64,000 nt of DNA, taken from positions 53,010,001-53,074,000 of the forward strand of contig OZ260661.1 of the NCBI GenBank assembly GCA_965285935.1, read 5' to 3'. Numbering within the stretch: position 1 is the first letter of the stretch; each line of letters opens with the position of its first letter. The notes under the pieces are model-generated. The model had not been told where the DNA came from. It did not search any database and was given only the letters and a program-made list of their open reading frames with translations. Below, piece after piece: positions 1 through 13,090 of this stretch. Both the position numbers and the translations under genes were made by a program. This DNA is from Ophelia neglecta. Taxonomy: Eukaryota.

Positions 1-106
1 TGCACCAAGCACTGCAAGTTATGTTTTCAAACACAGTTGAGCATGTCAGTCAACCACTCCAACATACTCTACGAGAATTTACATAATGTCCGTTGCAATG
101 ACGACT

Positions 107-120
107 GTTGCCATGGTAAC
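107..120. promoter_or_regulatory. RFX X-box motif GTTGCCATGGTAAC
   Basis: 13/14 match to the palindromic X-box GTTGCCATGGCAAC. A degenerate copy, GTTGCAATGACGAC, is adjacent at 92-105. Confidence 0.6.
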
Positions 121-272
121 CACACTGCTACTAAGCTCAGCCTGTGGCCATAATTTCTGTAGTTAAACGGCACAAACTACCTCTGCGAACACCCAGATAC
201 AAGAGACAGTTGAAAAGAGACAAATAAAAATGATAAGCGCTTAGTTGCCATCATTGTTGTGCTGTCAGCATA

Positions 273-286
273 GTTGCCATGGTTAC
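273..286. promoter_or_regulatory. RFX X-box motif GTTGCCATGGTTAC
   Basis: The reverse complement GTAACCATGGCAAC fits GTNRCC-N2-GGYAAC. Confidence 0.55.
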
Positions 287-1138
287 AGGGAACACGAGAA
301 ACGCCACTGACCGTTTTTGTTTATACACTCATCCGTGCTGAATACATGTGAGGCAAATCCAGTGGGCGTAGATCTGAGATTTACGCCTCATGTGAATGTG
401 TGCATCAGCATACACATGCTTTACATTGCAAAGAAAGGAAAAAGGGCGTCAGTTTGGCCATCACTGGCCATCATACCTACCCGCTGCCCCTTTCCTATGG
501 CCCATACCACCCTATGGCCCTACTGGTCCACCGTACATTATTGGAAAAGGGTCGACTGCCTCTGTATACCCTAAAAGCTCCAAAAGAAGTAAATTTTCGT
601 GTTCCCTTCTGCTAAACTGGCAAAATTTATAGGAATATTGGCCAAAAATGCCCAAATCAGCCTAATCCTGCTATAGGTTGCAGGGACGTAATTAAAATCC
701 CTATCTCTTACATGTTAAATCGCGTACCTAGCTGGTCGTTTTTCACCTATTCACGATATTGCTCGGGCTTAGCTGATGTGTGTCGCTGAAAGACACCAGT
801 TAAGGCAACAACATATCAAAAAATGAGGATAGCATTAGTTGGCAAATTTTTTTCTACGTGAGCTTGAAGAAATGATCATTTTTTCCCCTCTTTACGTCCA
901 AATGGCTGCCGGCCTCCAAAAATGGCCCGCGCAAAAAGTGTCACACGTCTTTGCCATGGCCACCATTGCGCCAACAATACCAGTATGCGTCTATCAATTA
1001 TTCCTAAATGATAAGACCTTAAGTCTATTTTATAAATAACACATAGTCCAGCATGCTATACAGCTCGTCTAGCTTTTTTGGCCAATCACAGGCCAGATAA
1101 CCAGATATTTTTATCGGTCCTGAAAGCTCTAGAACAGC

Positions 1139-1154
1139 CCAACAGGGGGCGCCA
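1139..1154 (+). promoter_or_regulatory. CTCF-like motif CCAACAGGGGGCGCCA
   Basis: One mismatch to the core CCASYAGRKGGCRS. Confidence 0.5.
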
Positions 1155-4100
1155 CTGCATGGGGAAAGTCCTATTACGTCACTGCAACCTTTAAAACGCT
1201 CACAGAGCGTTGATACGGATTCAGGTTATACTGTATCTACCAATAAATCTTGCACGCTCAGATATATTTAAAACCATTGACATCCGCTTGATTGAAACGT
1301 TTCTTTTCGCTGCCACAGCGTATGTTTTGACAGATTGATGGCTTATAGGTGATGATTGACGTTATAATTCGACATTTAATGAATTTTACGAAGTAACATC
1401 ATGTCAAGGTATGATTTGGAAGTACTTTTTTGCAGGGAAAGGATATACTATACGTATGCAAGAAAAGAAAAAAATATTTGGTCTTTGCCGTACGATGCGA
1501 ACAAATTGCACTCATATAAAGTTTGTTGGTTGGCTTTGAAATATGAATCTGCGGATTTTTCAGTTATTCTCTTTTTTAGCAGGCGGCCATAGGAGCAAAA
1601 CTTCACGTTTTCATTCTTAATTTGGAAGTACTTATTTGCAACGTCAGTAAAAATAAACTCTATAAATTGTTTCAAAAGATGCTAAATCGCAGTGTTATAT
1701 GCGAACAAAATTTTGTATTGAATTATTAGGTTTGGTACTTCTACACATATATCGGCCTACAATGCAAACGTGCAGTAAGAAAATACGTCGCCATTTATGA
1801 AGATTTTCGCGCAAGCGCAGTTGCGTGTCGCTCATGCAAATGTCGTGCGAAGCCACCAAAGGCAATCCATAATTTGTTTGGCGATAAAGCATAAAATTTC
1901 AAAAATTTGGCTTCACCTTCAATTTGAACAAATAATTGTGTTTTAAATATTGGTGGTATTGTTAAAACCAGTAATTCGTGCTTTTAAGCAAGACTCGTAT
2001 AGATTTTTTCATTTATAGTTTTCCCAAGGAAAGAGTTCAGTGAAACTTATTATAATCCTAAAAAAGGACTTCGTATATCCAAACCCATTCTAAGGAAAGA
2101 AATATGGCAATTATCATCCAATTTAGCCATTATTTGAACAGATCTATGTCTTTAGACTGTTTTTTTATGTTCAAAAACCATAGAGAAAACTCCATATTTA
2201 ATTTTCTCTCATAACTTTGGTTTGGGTTATAAGAAAGTCCATTGCGTGATCATGAACTTGCAACAAGTAATACTGACACATATGTTTTTATGAAAAAAAA
2301 CTAGTTGTGAAAAAAATGCTGCACAATACCTCATTTTGAGGTCACATCATGACCACGTGGAATGATCCTAAAGGACGAAAGATTATTTCTAAAAGATATT
2401 TTTATGACCACTTGTTATGCAAGTTGCATTTCATATGAATTTGCACTGTTATAAACGTTTAAACCCAATACTTGATCCTCGAGCCTACTTAACCACTTAT
2501 CTAGTTTGGATTATGTTTCTAACGATTAAGTTTATAAACTTAAACTGTATTAAAGAAGGAAAAGTTGTAGTTGGGTAAACGAGTGTGCCTACGAATCAAA
2601 GTAGTATGATTTGGCCGGGCAGTTCTCGGGCACCTACTTGTCAGGTGGCGCGACCTGGTGAGGCTTGTGCGACTTGCCATGCAGTAGATGCTGACACCTG
2701 GTTATATCAAATGCTACTTTCGTCAAACAGCCACCATTGACCTCGGTTTAATGATCACACAGGTGGTATATACATGTACAAGACAAGATAAAAAACATGT
2801 GATTTAGGCAAGTTTACAACTTATAAATCGATAAAGTTGATTTGCAGTACATTAGTGTTCGGTTTGAAAATAGTCCAAACAGTAAAACAACAATAGTCGA
2901 TCCTAACAGAATTCAACAATGGCCACACTTATATTGAAAGTATTATTATAGTACAATACAATAGTAAAGTAACAATAGACAAAAGGTAAAATCACGCTGA
3001 AGCCCAGATTCAAGGAGTTACTGGAAATAATTTAAAACAGCGTTTATGATTAACCTTTCTAAACATATTGTCCAAAACGTTTGTAAAATATGTTGTTTAT
3101 GATGACTATATAAACATAGATATAATTTTGCTAAATAAATGATATAAATGACATAAGAAAGTACTTATATGGTATTGTGTGCAACAACTATAGCCTATAT
3201 CGAATGCATCCATTGGTTTATTGTCCTTACAGCCCAACTTCCTCTTTCAGCCCTCGACACAGACTTCTTCAGAATTAAATCACTTGATTTTAGAGTACCC
3301 CCATCCAAAAAGGATTTTTTTAGAACAGTTTCGCTTTAAGAGCCTATGAAGTATTTGGTCTAATCTAATGGAAATACTAAATCAATTGTGTGAAAAGCCT
3401 TCATGCGATTACTACTATTGGCCAAAATGTTGAGAGAAAAATCGTATATCTATATATATATAAGGCTTGGGTAAAGGTAAAGTTGGTACCAACATATCTT
3501 TTTTATATGTTAATTCTTGGCTAAACCCCATGGAGAGCGCTTCCCTTTCCTCTGGGTATGGCGTCACTTATTTTTCTCGCGCACTTATTCAATTTTCTTC
3601 TAGATTGCAATGGTTCATATTACATTCTACAAGTAGACCGCTTACATATATAATTAAGACACAGCTTTAAGCTAGCTCTACATGTCCTATAAGCCTATGC
3701 ATCGTCGAATTCACTTTATGTTGTAGTGGTGTATGAATTTGAATTACAAATCTATGCGATACAGAACACTTGGACATAGTAAGACATATCTTGGTGCATG
3801 CGTCGGCATTCCATTTGGTTCGAGATCGGGAAGATTTTTAAATCACAAAGCCAAAGTCGGTTACAGACAACTGTTTTAAACATTCATGAAACTCCATTAT
3901 TTCGGTCTACCGAACTTCATTATACATTTCTCATTGGACCCACCGCTAGACTTGGTGTATTGAATATTTGAATTTTTCAAGGGCACTGCTTAATCTTTAA
4001 TCTGTGAGAGAATCTCACATTGAAGAAAATGGTTTTCATGCCGCTGTGGCATCTTACGTAAAGTTTGCGCTGATTGCCGACTTTCATTTTCACGAATGAC

Positions 4101-4517
4101 TTCCCTCTTTGAGCGGAATGACGTAAGCTTGTGTCTTCCCGGTGATTTGCATGATGCGTTCTATTAAAAATGTCAACTGATTTGATACTTATCTTACACT
4201 ATTTGTTACTGATAACTTGTGGTTTACAAAGACACGTAGATGATGTGTTTCTTACGAGTTTACAATTGAAGCGCACTGTCTCGTGTACCTGTATTCGGCT
4301 ATTACCTCCGGCTTGTTATGGATACCCACACCATTTAATGGCCAAGTGCTACGTTTATTATTGTCCTGATTATTTAAAGATAATAGGATATTTTATCAGA
4401 TAGCCTATAGGCCTATTGCTATTTGATACGAGATGGTCTTTATCGTTAGCCACTAGTAGACACATATATATATACGTATGTATGTATATTACAGATTGTC
4501 GACCCACCTTATATATT

Positions 4518-4790
4518 TAGGCCTATACTGGGAGGTCTATCAAGTTAATTCTCTACTGTGTGACCAAGTTAACTCTCCTTGTATACATGTAGGTGTATAC
4601 TGGGTGGTCTCCTTATACAGTCATGTGGGTCTATACTGTGTGGTCGTGTTAACTCTCCTTACAGGCCCACATGCAGGCCTATATACTGGGGGTCGAGTTA
4701 ACTTTCCTTATACACATAGGCCTAACCTGGGTGGTCGAGTTATCTTCCTTATAAATGTAGGCCTATATTGGGTGGTCGGTAACTCTCACT
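4518..4790. repeat. Degenerate minisatellite, unit of about 40 bp (AGGCCTATACTGGGTGGTCGAGTTAACTCTCCTTATACACATGT), about 7 diverged copies
   Basis: The blocks CTATACTGGG/TGGTCG, GTTAACTCTCCTT and TAGGCCTA recur at roughly 40-bp spacing. This explains the repetitive GLYWVV in ORF 4478..4816. Confidence 0.8.
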
Positions 4791-5820
4791 CTTTGAGTAT
4801 CCGTACTGAGTTCTAGCCTATATAAAAGCCTGCATGGTTTTAATATTCACGGGAGCACGTAAGCGGCCATATTTATTGGAATGATGCTAATGTTTTAGGC
4901 ACAGAGTTAAAGATGATGAGGAGATAGCCTTCGTAATGTATACATGTGTAGCAGACCACCAGACTTGAGCCAACTCTCTAGAGATACACAAACACTTATC
5001 GCAATATCGGGGATGGAAGCGGGAACCAAGTTTCTCCGCTTCATCAGCCAGGCTATTGTGTGTTATGAACCGTGGCACCGCTCGACTTGGGAAACCCGGC
5101 TACTCCTTCCAATATCTCAATTGATTTTTACGAAAGAGCAACCCTATTGATTCAGAAGCAACTATTTTAACTTCATTGCACAGGCGACATTTTGGCCTGA
5201 TGTTGGCGATTGGCAGCACATTGAGTTAAATGATGACCCTTTGACCCTGGACAATACGGTCGTCTGAGTCGCTAATATGAGCAGATGTGGGGGACTTCGA
5301 TCGCTATAGCCCCCCTGGGTAAATGGGGCGAGAAAACTGGTAAAACTGATCAGCCGTCACCACCTAATTATAGCCATTACTCTCAATACACCCCTGAATT
5401 CAATCAAACATTTTACTAGGAATGGCAAAAGCTGAAATTTAGGACATGTCTATCCTGCAAAAGAATGTATTTAATACGAATTTCATCCTCAGCTTGTATT
5501 TAGCATACTAATTAGGCATAAGCCATTTGGATCAAGCTTAAATTTGGAGATCAGAATTCCTCTAGTAAATAAATGAATCATAACTGAGTTAGGCCCATAG
5601 ATATATAGCCAGGACATGAGTGCTCTTATATTTTACCTACAATTGTCTTTCCCACAGTGGGATATTTTGGACTTCACCTTGCCGTGACCAAATATGTCAT
5701 CTAACTTTATGGTTTTATTCAAAGAAGATGAATTGGAAAGAAACATAAACTGGTCAGTTTGAATAAAGTACAAAGGGGCGGGGGGGGGGGGGGGGATCAA
5801 CATTGATATCTCTTTTGAGT

Positions 5821-6053
5821 CAAGTCGTGTAAAATCGCGCATGGCTCAGGCTAATTAGGCGCAAAAAGTAGCCTTATTCCGCGCAGGAAATATCCTTGTT
5901 GCACCTACGCCGTGCAGACAAGTAATTTTAAACACATATAGGCTAGGCCGTATTTATTTCGGAATCCCCAAGTAGCTTTATTCTGCGCTCATTATGCGCG
6001 AAATAAAGCAACCTACTGCGCGGAATTATACGATGTGCGAAATTACCAGACTT
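5821..6053. mobile_element. Decayed MITE-like element with imperfect terminal inverted repeats of about 60 bp
   Basis: Left end: AAGTCGTGTAAAATCGCGCAT...TAATTAGGCGCAAAAAGTAGCCTTATTCCGCGCA (5822-5885). It aligns to the reverse complement of 5995-6053: AAGTCTGGTAATTTCGCACAT...TAATTCCGCGCAGTAGGTTGCTTTATTTCGCGCA. There is no ORF and no clear TSD. Confidence 0.55.
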
Positions 6054-9000
6054 TTCCCTGAAGGCTTATATGAATAACTCCTGTAGGGTTATTTACCCCA
6101 GGGATAGGTCAAGTTAGAAACGCACTTACACTATTATCGTGTTAAACCTATAACTTAGCCGGGCAGGTGCTTCTCAGTAAATCTTTCAGATTAACACATC
6201 AAATACGTTCGCTTTTCTCCAAAGTATAATGTTTCGGTGCCACTCGTGAAACAATAGACTTTAATTTCTTGTGTAAACCGGCGTTCACTAGTGCTGAAAA
6301 TTACTCATTTTTCGCCCTTTTGTTTCGCCAACATACAAACGCACCTTGCATCGCTCCGACAACTGTAATGGATATATTCTGGTTGGGTAGATTCGATTAA
6401 GCCCGACCTCCCACGAGAGATGATCTGAAAGGGCAATTTTAGCTATAGAAAGTGTGTTTCATTAACACCGAGTAACAAAGCTTTACTTATTACGTGGCTC
6501 TTCAAAGCCCGCCCGCTTCTCTCCTCGGCAGGTTTACGTAAATAATAGTTTATATGTCCTAAGACTGTGATTGGTGGTAATAATCAACGCTGTGGTTTGA
6601 TTCCAAACCATTAGTCGAGATTGACTGATAATTCTGTTTAATTGCCAATTCGCTACATTGTGAGTGAAAGCCCATGTTATGTTTTCTTTGGAAAACAAAT
6701 TTGATAACAACTGAAATCAAAGAGACATATTAAATACGGTTTTGTTTCCAGCTATGCTAAGGTAGAATCCCACATGAAAACAAGGGCTGAGACAGAGAAT
6801 TTGTTTTCATCAATTGGGTTCGATATAGGCTACATCCAGACTTTTATGTTCTAAGGAGTAGGTACTGCTGTCTATATTGACGTACGTTGTAAATAATAAG
6901 GTGAAAGTGGAAGATTAGGGGAATAATCATAACACAACTGATAGAATCTATCAATATAGAATGCCATTTTCTATCTTAAATATAAGCCGATAGCCGACAG
7001 ATGTCCGGTCAAAACAAGCCGGTCCTAGGTTTACTATGGTGGGCTAGTGCATGGTTTTGGCCGTCATGCGAATTGATATTTAATGGTGATATAGTTGATT
7101 AGTAGATGAGTTTGTCACGTGATTAAGGATCATAAGAACACGTGTACATGTACATTCCTAAATTCGTGATATCACTTAGCAGAGCGTTCTATGTTGTGTA
7201 CTGATATCGGTCTATGTCCCGACTGATCACCGGACTCATGCAGGTTCTAATCAGTCAACAAAGAGAATCCTCTTAGAATATAGACGCATGTCTATTATGA
7301 AATCTTTATAGCAACTTAATTAGTCTTTCCCGCCGCTCACGGAATTAGAAATTGTTCTTAAGGGAAGAGTACTTATATATTGCCATTATGATAAAATACC
7401 AATATAAATTAAATTGAATTACACTAGTTTAGGCCTATATATATTTCATTCATATACATACACGTCGCAATGCTGTAAGTATACCAATAGCCACACCAAG
7501 CAAAAGTGTGACTGTGATTCTAAAAGCTTGCGGTTTTTTGTTAATTAGTACATAATACATATTGCTGCTCGGAGATGATACTGTCCCAGGTGCCAAGTCT
7601 TACAGCCATGTTGATGACAATACGTGTTCAGCGGGCTATACTGAAAGCTGTTCATCGAAAATGAAATCAAAGCCTTGTACTGGTGGCGATGGGGGAGGCG
7701 GGGACGCGATGCTACACCTGAGGTGTGGCCCAACACCACTACAAAGTCCCGCCTCACGGCCCGTCGGGACCCTCCTCCACTCCCGGACACCAAGTTACGT
7801 CCACACTCATTTCCACGCCGTACCTCTCCCAAAGCCGCTCCCAACTCTCCAAGAGAAACTCTCCACATGTGTTCCGGAAAGGTGTGAACCTGCTTTGTCG
7901 TCTGCCGTCTTTGATCCGATCTGATTCGGAAGCGCTCCCTTCCATTCAATATCATTCTTTTTTGATCAGGTTAACATAATCTGGGCAGTAGTGGTATTGT
8001 TTTTCTGGTAATTTGCTAAATAGCCGCAATTTGCCATAAGTATTACGCAGTACAATAACGACATTGACAGACGGTCGGATGTCTAGGGCGACTAAATAGC
8101 CGTGTGAATATCTTTGATTGTAGGCAGTGAGCGCCCTAAACACTCAGCCACTCGGTGAAAACAAACATATTTGTCTCCTATGTTAATGTGCTTACCAGCT
8201 AATTACTGCTGTAAGGCTCTATTCTCTTTGTCCGTAACAACCACTACACGACCCTTCAAACAGTAATTGTCGCAAATTGCTTCCGCTATTAATGCTCAGA
8301 TTTATCCAACTGCTTATTTGTGATTTTGATTATGAAAGTATAAAATAAATTTGTTTCAATAAAACTCTTTGTGTTTGTGTAGGAGATCGTTCATTTTTCT
8401 TTGTAGATAGTTCACTTATATATATTAAGTTGGCTTAAAGAATATATACGATAAACACTTATATATATATATAAAGATATATATAACCTGTTGATATTTT
8501 TTTACGGATATTCTTTTCAGCTTCAGTGAACTATAATGTATGCCCCCTGTGAGAGTTTTTTATTATTTCCATTATAATATGATTTTTGAGATGGCCTGGT
8601 CGTTCTTATAATATGTTGGTGATATATGATTTTGGGATTTGATGCCTCTGTGCTTCTCTTCATATCATTCCGTGGAGGTCGGGTTATTTCGGCGTTGAGG
8701 GGAGAGGTCATCCCTCGACGGTGGCCCTCGGGAGCCATGTATCGCTCACCCTCCGCCCGGCCTCAGGTGCGCCTAGCAGCCACTCCGGTTTTTATCTTCA
8801 AGCTTGGTCAGAGGGGCAGTGGCTCGCAGGGCTCGGGGGACGGGTCGAGGTTGCCGAGCGACCCCGGAATAAGCTGCCTCTGCCTAGGGAACCGACGCCT
8901 TCGGGGTGTAAAACGTCGGCGCCTGGAGACGGCAACAGCCCGTTACAAATGAAACAGCAATCCTGGGCAAGCCGGATCTCCAGAGACTGCTGCTGTCGAC

Positions 9001-10707
9001 CGGCTAACTGCCAAAGAAAGGCTAGCAAACAGCAAGGTGTGAGCATTGATCACCAAAAACAGCTCTACCTGTCAAACGGCCGGAGGGAAAAACCTCACCC
9101 CTCCCCCTTAACACCACCACCACCAACTTTAGGGGTGGGGGTGGGGTGTGAGGAAATTGTTAAGAAATCTGACCCACTTAAATTTGAATTTTAACCCTTG
9201 TCATCTTATCTAGTTAACCGTCAAGGTTTTCGCAGCCCATGGCCTATGTACTTTTATATCTTTGGACAGAATTTTCATGCGGGGGTTAATTTAATGTCCA
9301 TTGCAGACATACAGGCCTATAAATCTCTGTAGGAAGTAGCTCAATCTTTTTCTGCAAATTCATAATTGTTTTTTTTTCGTGTTATTTAGTATAATATATA
9401 GCTAGGACTATATTTTTAGAATAATTCATATTATATATATGCCTAGATGAATATAATTTATAATATAGACATTCATTCAGGTTTATAGCTATCAAAGGCC
9501 GATTTGCCAAAACACCATCATAATTTAGGAGCTTATAATGTAGGCTTATATCTACGTATTATATAGGAGTTAATTTGCTAGAATCAGTGTCATGTCCATT
9601 ATTCTATAGGCAAAGATTATTAGCAAACTTCCGCGAGTATTTAACTCTTCTTAATTACTGTCTTGTGTCTACCGTACATTCCCACTGGTTCATTACCAAT
9701 ATCGTCTGCTCGAAAGACCATCTTACAAGTTATGTACCAATTTATTGTAAAGAATATAGCCGATTAGATGCCCGATACATTTCTTTTCACAGATGTAGGC
9801 TACCCCTGTCGGGCTGGATTAGCCACCTGTTGTATATATTTAATGTGCATGAATGAAGCAGATTAACGGTAACTCGGCAGACGTATACGTGGTGATTATC
9901 ATCCCTCCCCCCTCTGCCTCATTCCGATTGTTTACCGTCCCCGAGATTCGTATTTAGATCGCTGGGAGTTAAACTTTCCGACTTGTGCATGGGAAGTGGC
10001 CTGACAATGGGGCGGCCACCCATTGCGCGCTGGTTTGTGTAGCCAGGAAGGTAGCTAAAAGGTCGGACCGGCGCACGTGTCCAGGTAGACTCCAGCGGGA
10101 GTACTGACAAAACCTCGGCCTTTCACTTAATAACAATTAACATTAGGCAGAGGATGAGAACAGCCCGTCTTGGGAGGCAAGGGAGAGTAACGAACAGAGA
10201 TTTAGTTATACTCACTATACTCCCCAAACAACCCAAGTAAAAAGCAATCACTAAACAACACGAGGGATCCCATCTATACTCAAAGCATGGGTCCATGCTC
10301 AAAGGAAGCATCCCCATGAAGAGAGAGGTCCACGTAATACATAAATTTCAAACGCCATTTTGTAGGTGGCGGCAATCACAATATGCTTTCACTCTAAGTA
10401 AGGGAGACCATTGTTATAATTGTCATATAGATTCCAATAAATCGCTTTCCATAAATCCATGTCAACCAAAGATATTTTGATGATACAGCACGGAGTAAAA
10501 ACGTAGAGACCCTTGTGCTGCATATCTTGCAAGTTAAAGAATATATATGATCTTTGTTTAACTTTAAAATGGATTGAAACTGGTTAAAAGGGGTGTTTGC
10601 GCCTTAAAATTGAATGCATGCTTTGAAAGGCAGCACCTTGTATCTCCCGATATCTGCGCACCGCTGTCTATACAAACCGCAGCAGACGACAGTTTCATCG
10701 CCACATA

Positions 10708-10723
10708 TCGCCATCTAGTGGCC
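10708..10723 (-). promoter_or_regulatory. CTCF motif (minus strand GGCCACTAGATGGCGA)
   Basis: The + strand reads TCGCCATCTAGTGGCC. Its reverse complement contains an exact CCASYAGRKGGCR core. Confidence 0.6.
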
Positions 10724-12929
10724 TCAATAAGCACCATTAGCCTATAGGCAGGAGCAATTCTTTATCACACGAGGCTATTTAGGAGGAAAATCAAGACAAT
10801 TATTAAGATTTGTTTCAAAAGCGAGAACTGTCCGCTAAGCTGATCAATGCATGCATACATGCAGGTAAAGGGACATACATGCATAAATCTATCGTTGGTT
10901 TGAAATCTTGTATAAACTTGTTCAGTTAAAAACTGGCTTCATCTCCGTTTCGGATCCCCTGTCTAAATTCGCATGGCGTTCCTGAAAATACTGGGACAAT
11001 GCTGTTTACTTTTCCCTTGATCAAATCAAATAAGTTGATTGTTACCTCCATCACATCAGTCGGTTTACTTCTCTCTCGAGTCATTGTTTTAGCTGTGACT
11101 ATATGTGTACACGTAAGCAATACGTGTTTTGTTCGGTAGACGTAATTGGCGGTCATAAGGGAACACAGACAACAGGGTTTAATCAAATCCCGCCGAATCA
11201 AAATGACCCTTGCCATATCTCTCATTTTCTGATGTAGTTCTTTCAAGCATACCGTAATTAAGCCGACTAATTATTTTAATTTCATTAGCGGAAAACGTAG
11301 CGATGTTATTTGGATGGACATTTTCCCGGGTAATTAGCAAACGTCATTTCGAGATTGCTCGCTCCGTCCGACTGTAGCCTAAGTGAATTATGAAGTGGGT
11401 GGATTGCACGTAATTTCTGTGACTCAACAAGTTCTGAAATATCACTTCTCCCTCACTGGTCGAGCGAACAAGTGATTTTACTACGTCTACTCACCTCATA
11501 AAACACTTGAGAGTTAATTATTTCCTTCACATTTTCACAATCTACGGCTGATGCCTCACGAAATTACAGTGCATGTACACTTGCAAAAGGGCACCTTCTG
11601 TCTTGCTGCAAGACCTAGGTTTGATTGAACACTTCTCGAGATTATTTTCTATTTGACACCATAAGGATTTTGGGATTGCTCTCTGCATATAAGCCTAATG
11701 GACAAAGTACCATATCTAAAGACATATAATGTGGCATATTTATAAACATCTAGAGAGATTAAAGTATATAAACTGTAGCCATGTTTTTAATCTACATGCG
11801 CTGATGAATGACTTTCCAATAATATGGACGAAACTGCTGGCTTAGGGAATATAAACACCGGCGACCCTATGTCATATTAGTTTCATTTCTTTGTGTTTCT
11901 ACCCAGGATATTCATTATTTCAATTTTAGCCATCTGAAAATGTGAAATATTGAATTAAATGGGTATTTGACGCTCGTTTTGTGACTCTGGCTATAGCTAA
12001 ACCAGCACGATCCTAGCTTCGATCTACCCTTTGGGAGCAATTAGATATATGTCATGTCTGTTGGTATTTTGTTGTTCTAAAATGACACGCCAAATAATTC
12101 AGACGTGCCCATTAATATTTGCTCTCTCACTGGGATATGTGAGGTCGAAATTGAAAGCGATAAGACAAGAGATAGTGCGACTGGTGGCCAAGTAAAAGGC
12201 ACGGCGAGGGGTCATCGTTTGGTGAAATGAGAGTTGCGGACAAGTGCAATCAGTTTCTGCTGCGTCCGTGCTCATGGCATATGCATGACGAATGCACGGC
12301 CATCTGTCGGGGTAAAAGTCAGCCGAGCTTGCATGCTCGCTGCTTGTAACTATTTGCTTTGGATGGTTTTGTAAAGACATTACACGTTGTATTAAAATTC
12401 AATGTACACATCGACTGAAATTACACAGAGCACGAAGAATGTTTTTTTGCTGCTCTGGACACAGTGATGTAAATTATTAATCTTATCGACTTGCACAGCG
12501 TTTTGGAGAAAAAATGCCATTAGTATTGCTATGCATGGGCCTATAGTTGAATGTAAAGGGCAATAGAAAAGGTAGTAACTTGACTTTAGTCCTGGCTAGG
12601 CATTGTTTGCGTTTTTAGATGTGACTTAGTTTTGATGTTAAATGTGCATCTAAACACATTGTTGTGCCATTTCTCTTTTGATCGAGAAGTTCCATCACAC
12701 TGCAATTAGTTTCTCTCTTTCCGACTCTAGCAAGGCGTTCTGGTATTTAAATGTTCCCTCTTCCTCTACCTGCTTTGAGCCCTCTGCCCCTCTGGGCACA
12801 TGTTCACTTCATCCCGCACTTGTTCCTCAGTGTGTTTGAAGTCTTAGGTTTTGTTTTGATGTTTGACAAATGAAAATAATATGATAATGCAATGCGATCC
12901 TCTTCTGGTTAATGGAGGCAGGTTGCTGC

Positions 12930-13090
12930 TCTGTGATTGGCCGCGGTGCCGTAAGTGACACGGGCCATGTGCCATATTTGGCCAACCAGTAATTATTCAT
13001 GACGGCTGGGCGTTGCGGATTGGCCTGTCGCGTGGAGTCTCGGGAGCGTCCATGGATCCCCCCTGCGGGACTGGTAATCCTCAGGGAGAG
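12930..13090 (+). promoter_or_regulatory. Putative proximal promoter of coe
   Basis: The sequence shifts from AT-rich to GC-richer about 600 bp upstream of the ATG. It contains reverse CCAAT boxes (ATTGG at 12936 and 13019), a CArG box CCATATTTGG at 12972-12981 and a POU4-like TAATTATTCAT at 12990-13000. The TSS is not determinable. Confidence 0.45.

Noticed and set aside
3468-3570. GGTAAAGGTAAAG, resembling the reversed 3' tail of a SINE/LINE
   Set aside because: Too short, with no supporting body or Pol III boxes that I could identify.
4478-4816. ORF with repeated GLYWVV, and a CRISPR-like periodicity
   Set aside because: It is a translation of a degenerate minisatellite. There are no identical repeats with unique spacers, no cas genes, and the context is eukaryotic.
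8949-9036. ATG...AAG|GTGTGA as another alternative first exon
   Set aside because: The donor is phase 1 in that frame, which is incompatible with the phase-2 acceptors of coe.
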